Source: Heterodontus francisci (Eukaryota). From it: DNA of 64,000 nt. The stretch is from the NCBI RefSeq assembly GCF_036365525.1, contig NC_090404.1, positions 45,641,544 through 45,705,543 of the forward strand, read 5' to 3'. How positions within the stretch are numbered: position 1 is the first letter of the stretch; the number at the start of each line of letters is the position of its first letter. The notes beneath the pieces were generated by a model. That model saw nothing but the letters and a program-made list of their open reading frames with translations, was not told where the DNA came from and did no database searches. Of this stretch, positions 61,373-64,000 are shown piece by piece. Position numbers and translations under genes: made by a program.

Positions 61373-64000
61373 ATCTCCCTTCGTCACAGCACTGCGGGTG
61401 TATATACACTAGATGGACTGCAACGGTTCATGAAGGCGGCTGTCCGTTACTTTGTAAAGGGCAGTTAGGGCTGGTCAATAAATAGTGGCTTTAACAGCAA
61501 CACCCACATTCCATGAAATAATTTTTAAAAATCCATTGTGGATGCTCTGACGCTTCCTCATTGAGCTACATATTCCATAGTTTTACCCATTGACTCAATC
61601 AGTCGCTGCCCCTTTATAACATCCTGCTAAACTTACTGAGCCTTCTAACTAGCTGATGAATTAGTTAACAAAGCAGCAGTACTACAACGTATATTGCTTA
61701 TCGCGACTCTGGTCATGTAATGGAGCGCCAGAACTTTGCAGCAACCTCACGGTGGCACTTAATCCACGGATGTGCATCTATCTCCTTTAATAATAATTCA
61801 AAAAATAAGCAATCTTACCTTGGGCTTTTCACGATATTCTATATTTGGGTGATTTCGGGTCTTCTCACAAGTCCTGTCTCTGTTTCTCTCTTGCAGCAGT
61901 CTATCATTCCCACTCTCACTTTGATTGCACGTTTGCTTCTTCGTTCTTCAATTCAAGGGGATCACGAATTTGATTTATCAGTATGCTTAATTATTGAACG
62001 TAAATGGAACTTAGTAACACACAGTTACTTCAATACTCCAGCTGAGGCCGAACTAGTGTCGTAAATAAATTCAACATAACTTCCGATGCTTGTACTCTAG
62101 AACCCTATTAATAAAGCCCAGTGTATTGTATCATTTATTAACCGCTCTCTCAATCTGTCCTGCCACTTTCAATGACTTATGCACATTGTAAGTAACATTG
62201 CTTCACTGCCAAGCCACACTCACTCTATCCAAGTAAAATACAACAACAACATAAATGACAGATTCCTCCAGCTTCGAACTCCGCACCTGATTTTTTTTTA
62301 GTCCAAGGAATTTCTCTCACCAGACCAGAAAGCAAGCTGCAGTCAGTGCAGTAAGGGAACACATGTGGAGTGTGCAAGTTAATGTTGCTTATGCTTGCAT
62401 CCGTTTCCTGATTAGTTTTTTTTTGACTGAACAAATAGATCACCACGGGGATATTTCTACAGCCATGGCTCTTTCCTGCACTGTTCCTGTGGATTTATAC
62501 GAGACCACAAATCAAGGGCAATCAAAGGCCATGTGGCCCTTCTCAGCTCATCACTTATGCGTTCAAATTATCCAGCCGAGTACCTGGCTATATTTTAAAT
62601 GCCTTCAGTATCTTTCATTCCACTACCTTGCGTACATGATATTATACATTACTTCAAACGAGTTTGATCTTTGTCTGTACCTCGTTGGTGTAAAGCACCC
62701 CCTGGACATTCATTACTGTTTCCATCCAATTTTAAAATAATCTGAATTAATGGACCAAAAATCAAGCCGGATTTGCTTTGGATGGAAAATTTCCTCGTCT
62801 GATTTTCCTCCCTGTAGTAATTCAAACCGATGTAGTACAGATGAAAAATTGGCCAAGCTATTTCCATCAGCCTCATAATTATACCGTGGAATAATTGCAG
62901 TCAAGGCTTAAAGTGTCCGTGTGAATTTCCTCCACCCACTAGTACAGAGGAGAGAATCCTTATTTATTCAAATAACTGAAATTATTGTTTGTGATAACGG
63001 CAGATGAACTTTAATTGCATTCCTATGCGATGCTGCTGTTCACACGTTTATCAGAAGCTATAAACCAATTCCTTTGATTTGGTAACTTCTCCTTCGACAT
63101 ATTGGAGCGAGGAACATCATTCATCCACTATCACTATGATCTGTAATGAATTAATACTTTTTAAACTATATTAGAGGCAGCAATTTTGTACGAACTTTGT
63201 TATGCTTCGATATGCAATTGTTTCACACTGTAATTACAAAACCCCAGTGCATGACTTCGATTTACTTAGCCAGAACTTACATTCATCATCTTCAATGTGG
63301 GCCTTTACTTACCTTGGAGTCATCTGCTGAACTCAGCTTGTTCTGTAATATTTAATATTTCACATGATTAAATAAGATTCTTGTTAACATTTTCCCCTGG
63401 ACATTGAAGCTGAACTTTTAACTATCTCAACTCCTTTAAATTTCTCATCATGCAGATTCTTCCTTAAAGTTGGTGTTCGAAACTGTGCCCAAAATGTCCT
63501 GGATCTGAGGAATTCATTCAAAAATCTCAGCAGTCCCTTTACTTACATCCACTGCTCTTGTGATGTGTCCTAACATTTTATTTGCCTTTACTAATTCGTT
63601 ATACACGCAATCTCAAAATTAACAGTGACACTTCTACCTTACTTCCGAGTCCTCATTCCAAGGGGCAATTTTCAACTTCTTCATTGTACTTTTGTGTCCT
63701 TCACTTTGTTACCACAAAATGGAATACTTCACATTTGTTGCTGTTAAATATACCACAGTCCAAGAAGTAATAATACATTTCAGCAAGGCAATAGTTACTC
63801 CATGGTTACAATACCGTCTGCAGTTTCGGGCACTCATCTGTAGAAACGATATTACAGTCATCGACAGCAGGCAAGGTAGTTTCATCAGATCAGTACCAGG
63901 AATAGGAACAACTCATGTTGTGTTGGAATCAATCAGGTCTTTAAAGCCATATTGTTTTTCCAAATACTGTTTGCTTGCCTACAGTAAATTTAGTGACTTC

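Overview
Eukaryotic, cartilaginous-fish (shark-type) genomic DNA, mostly nested retroelements: CR1/HER1-type LINEs, HE1-type tRNA-derived SINEs, Penelope-like elements, an RTE LINE, a Gypsy pol relic, a solo LTR and a Harbinger-like non-autonomous element. Most ORFs in the supplied track are transposon fragments or antisense noise. Host content has four parts. (1) An apparently intact two-exon GPR139/GPR142-like class A GPCR (9561-9630 + 15069-15976, 325 aa), with a perfect CRE next to its TATA box and an Asp2.50>His change. (2) A decayed second copy of the GPCR upstream cassette (~20-23.3 kb) that lacks the gene. (3) A C2H2 zinc-finger pseudogene relic and a tRNA-Glu pseudogene. (4) An orphan IgNAR heavy-chain constant-region pseudogene: a frameshifted C1 exon (43443-43753), a truncated C4 exon (51079-51335) and a possible TM2 exon (52230). 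I found no V/D/J, C2, C3, C5 or TM1. Family assignments come from recalled motifs, not database searches. I see no convincing new multi-gene system. The most notable items are the C1-to-C4 IgNAR layout, its linkage to a GPCR array unit, and minimal hammerhead ribozymes in the Penelope-like elements.
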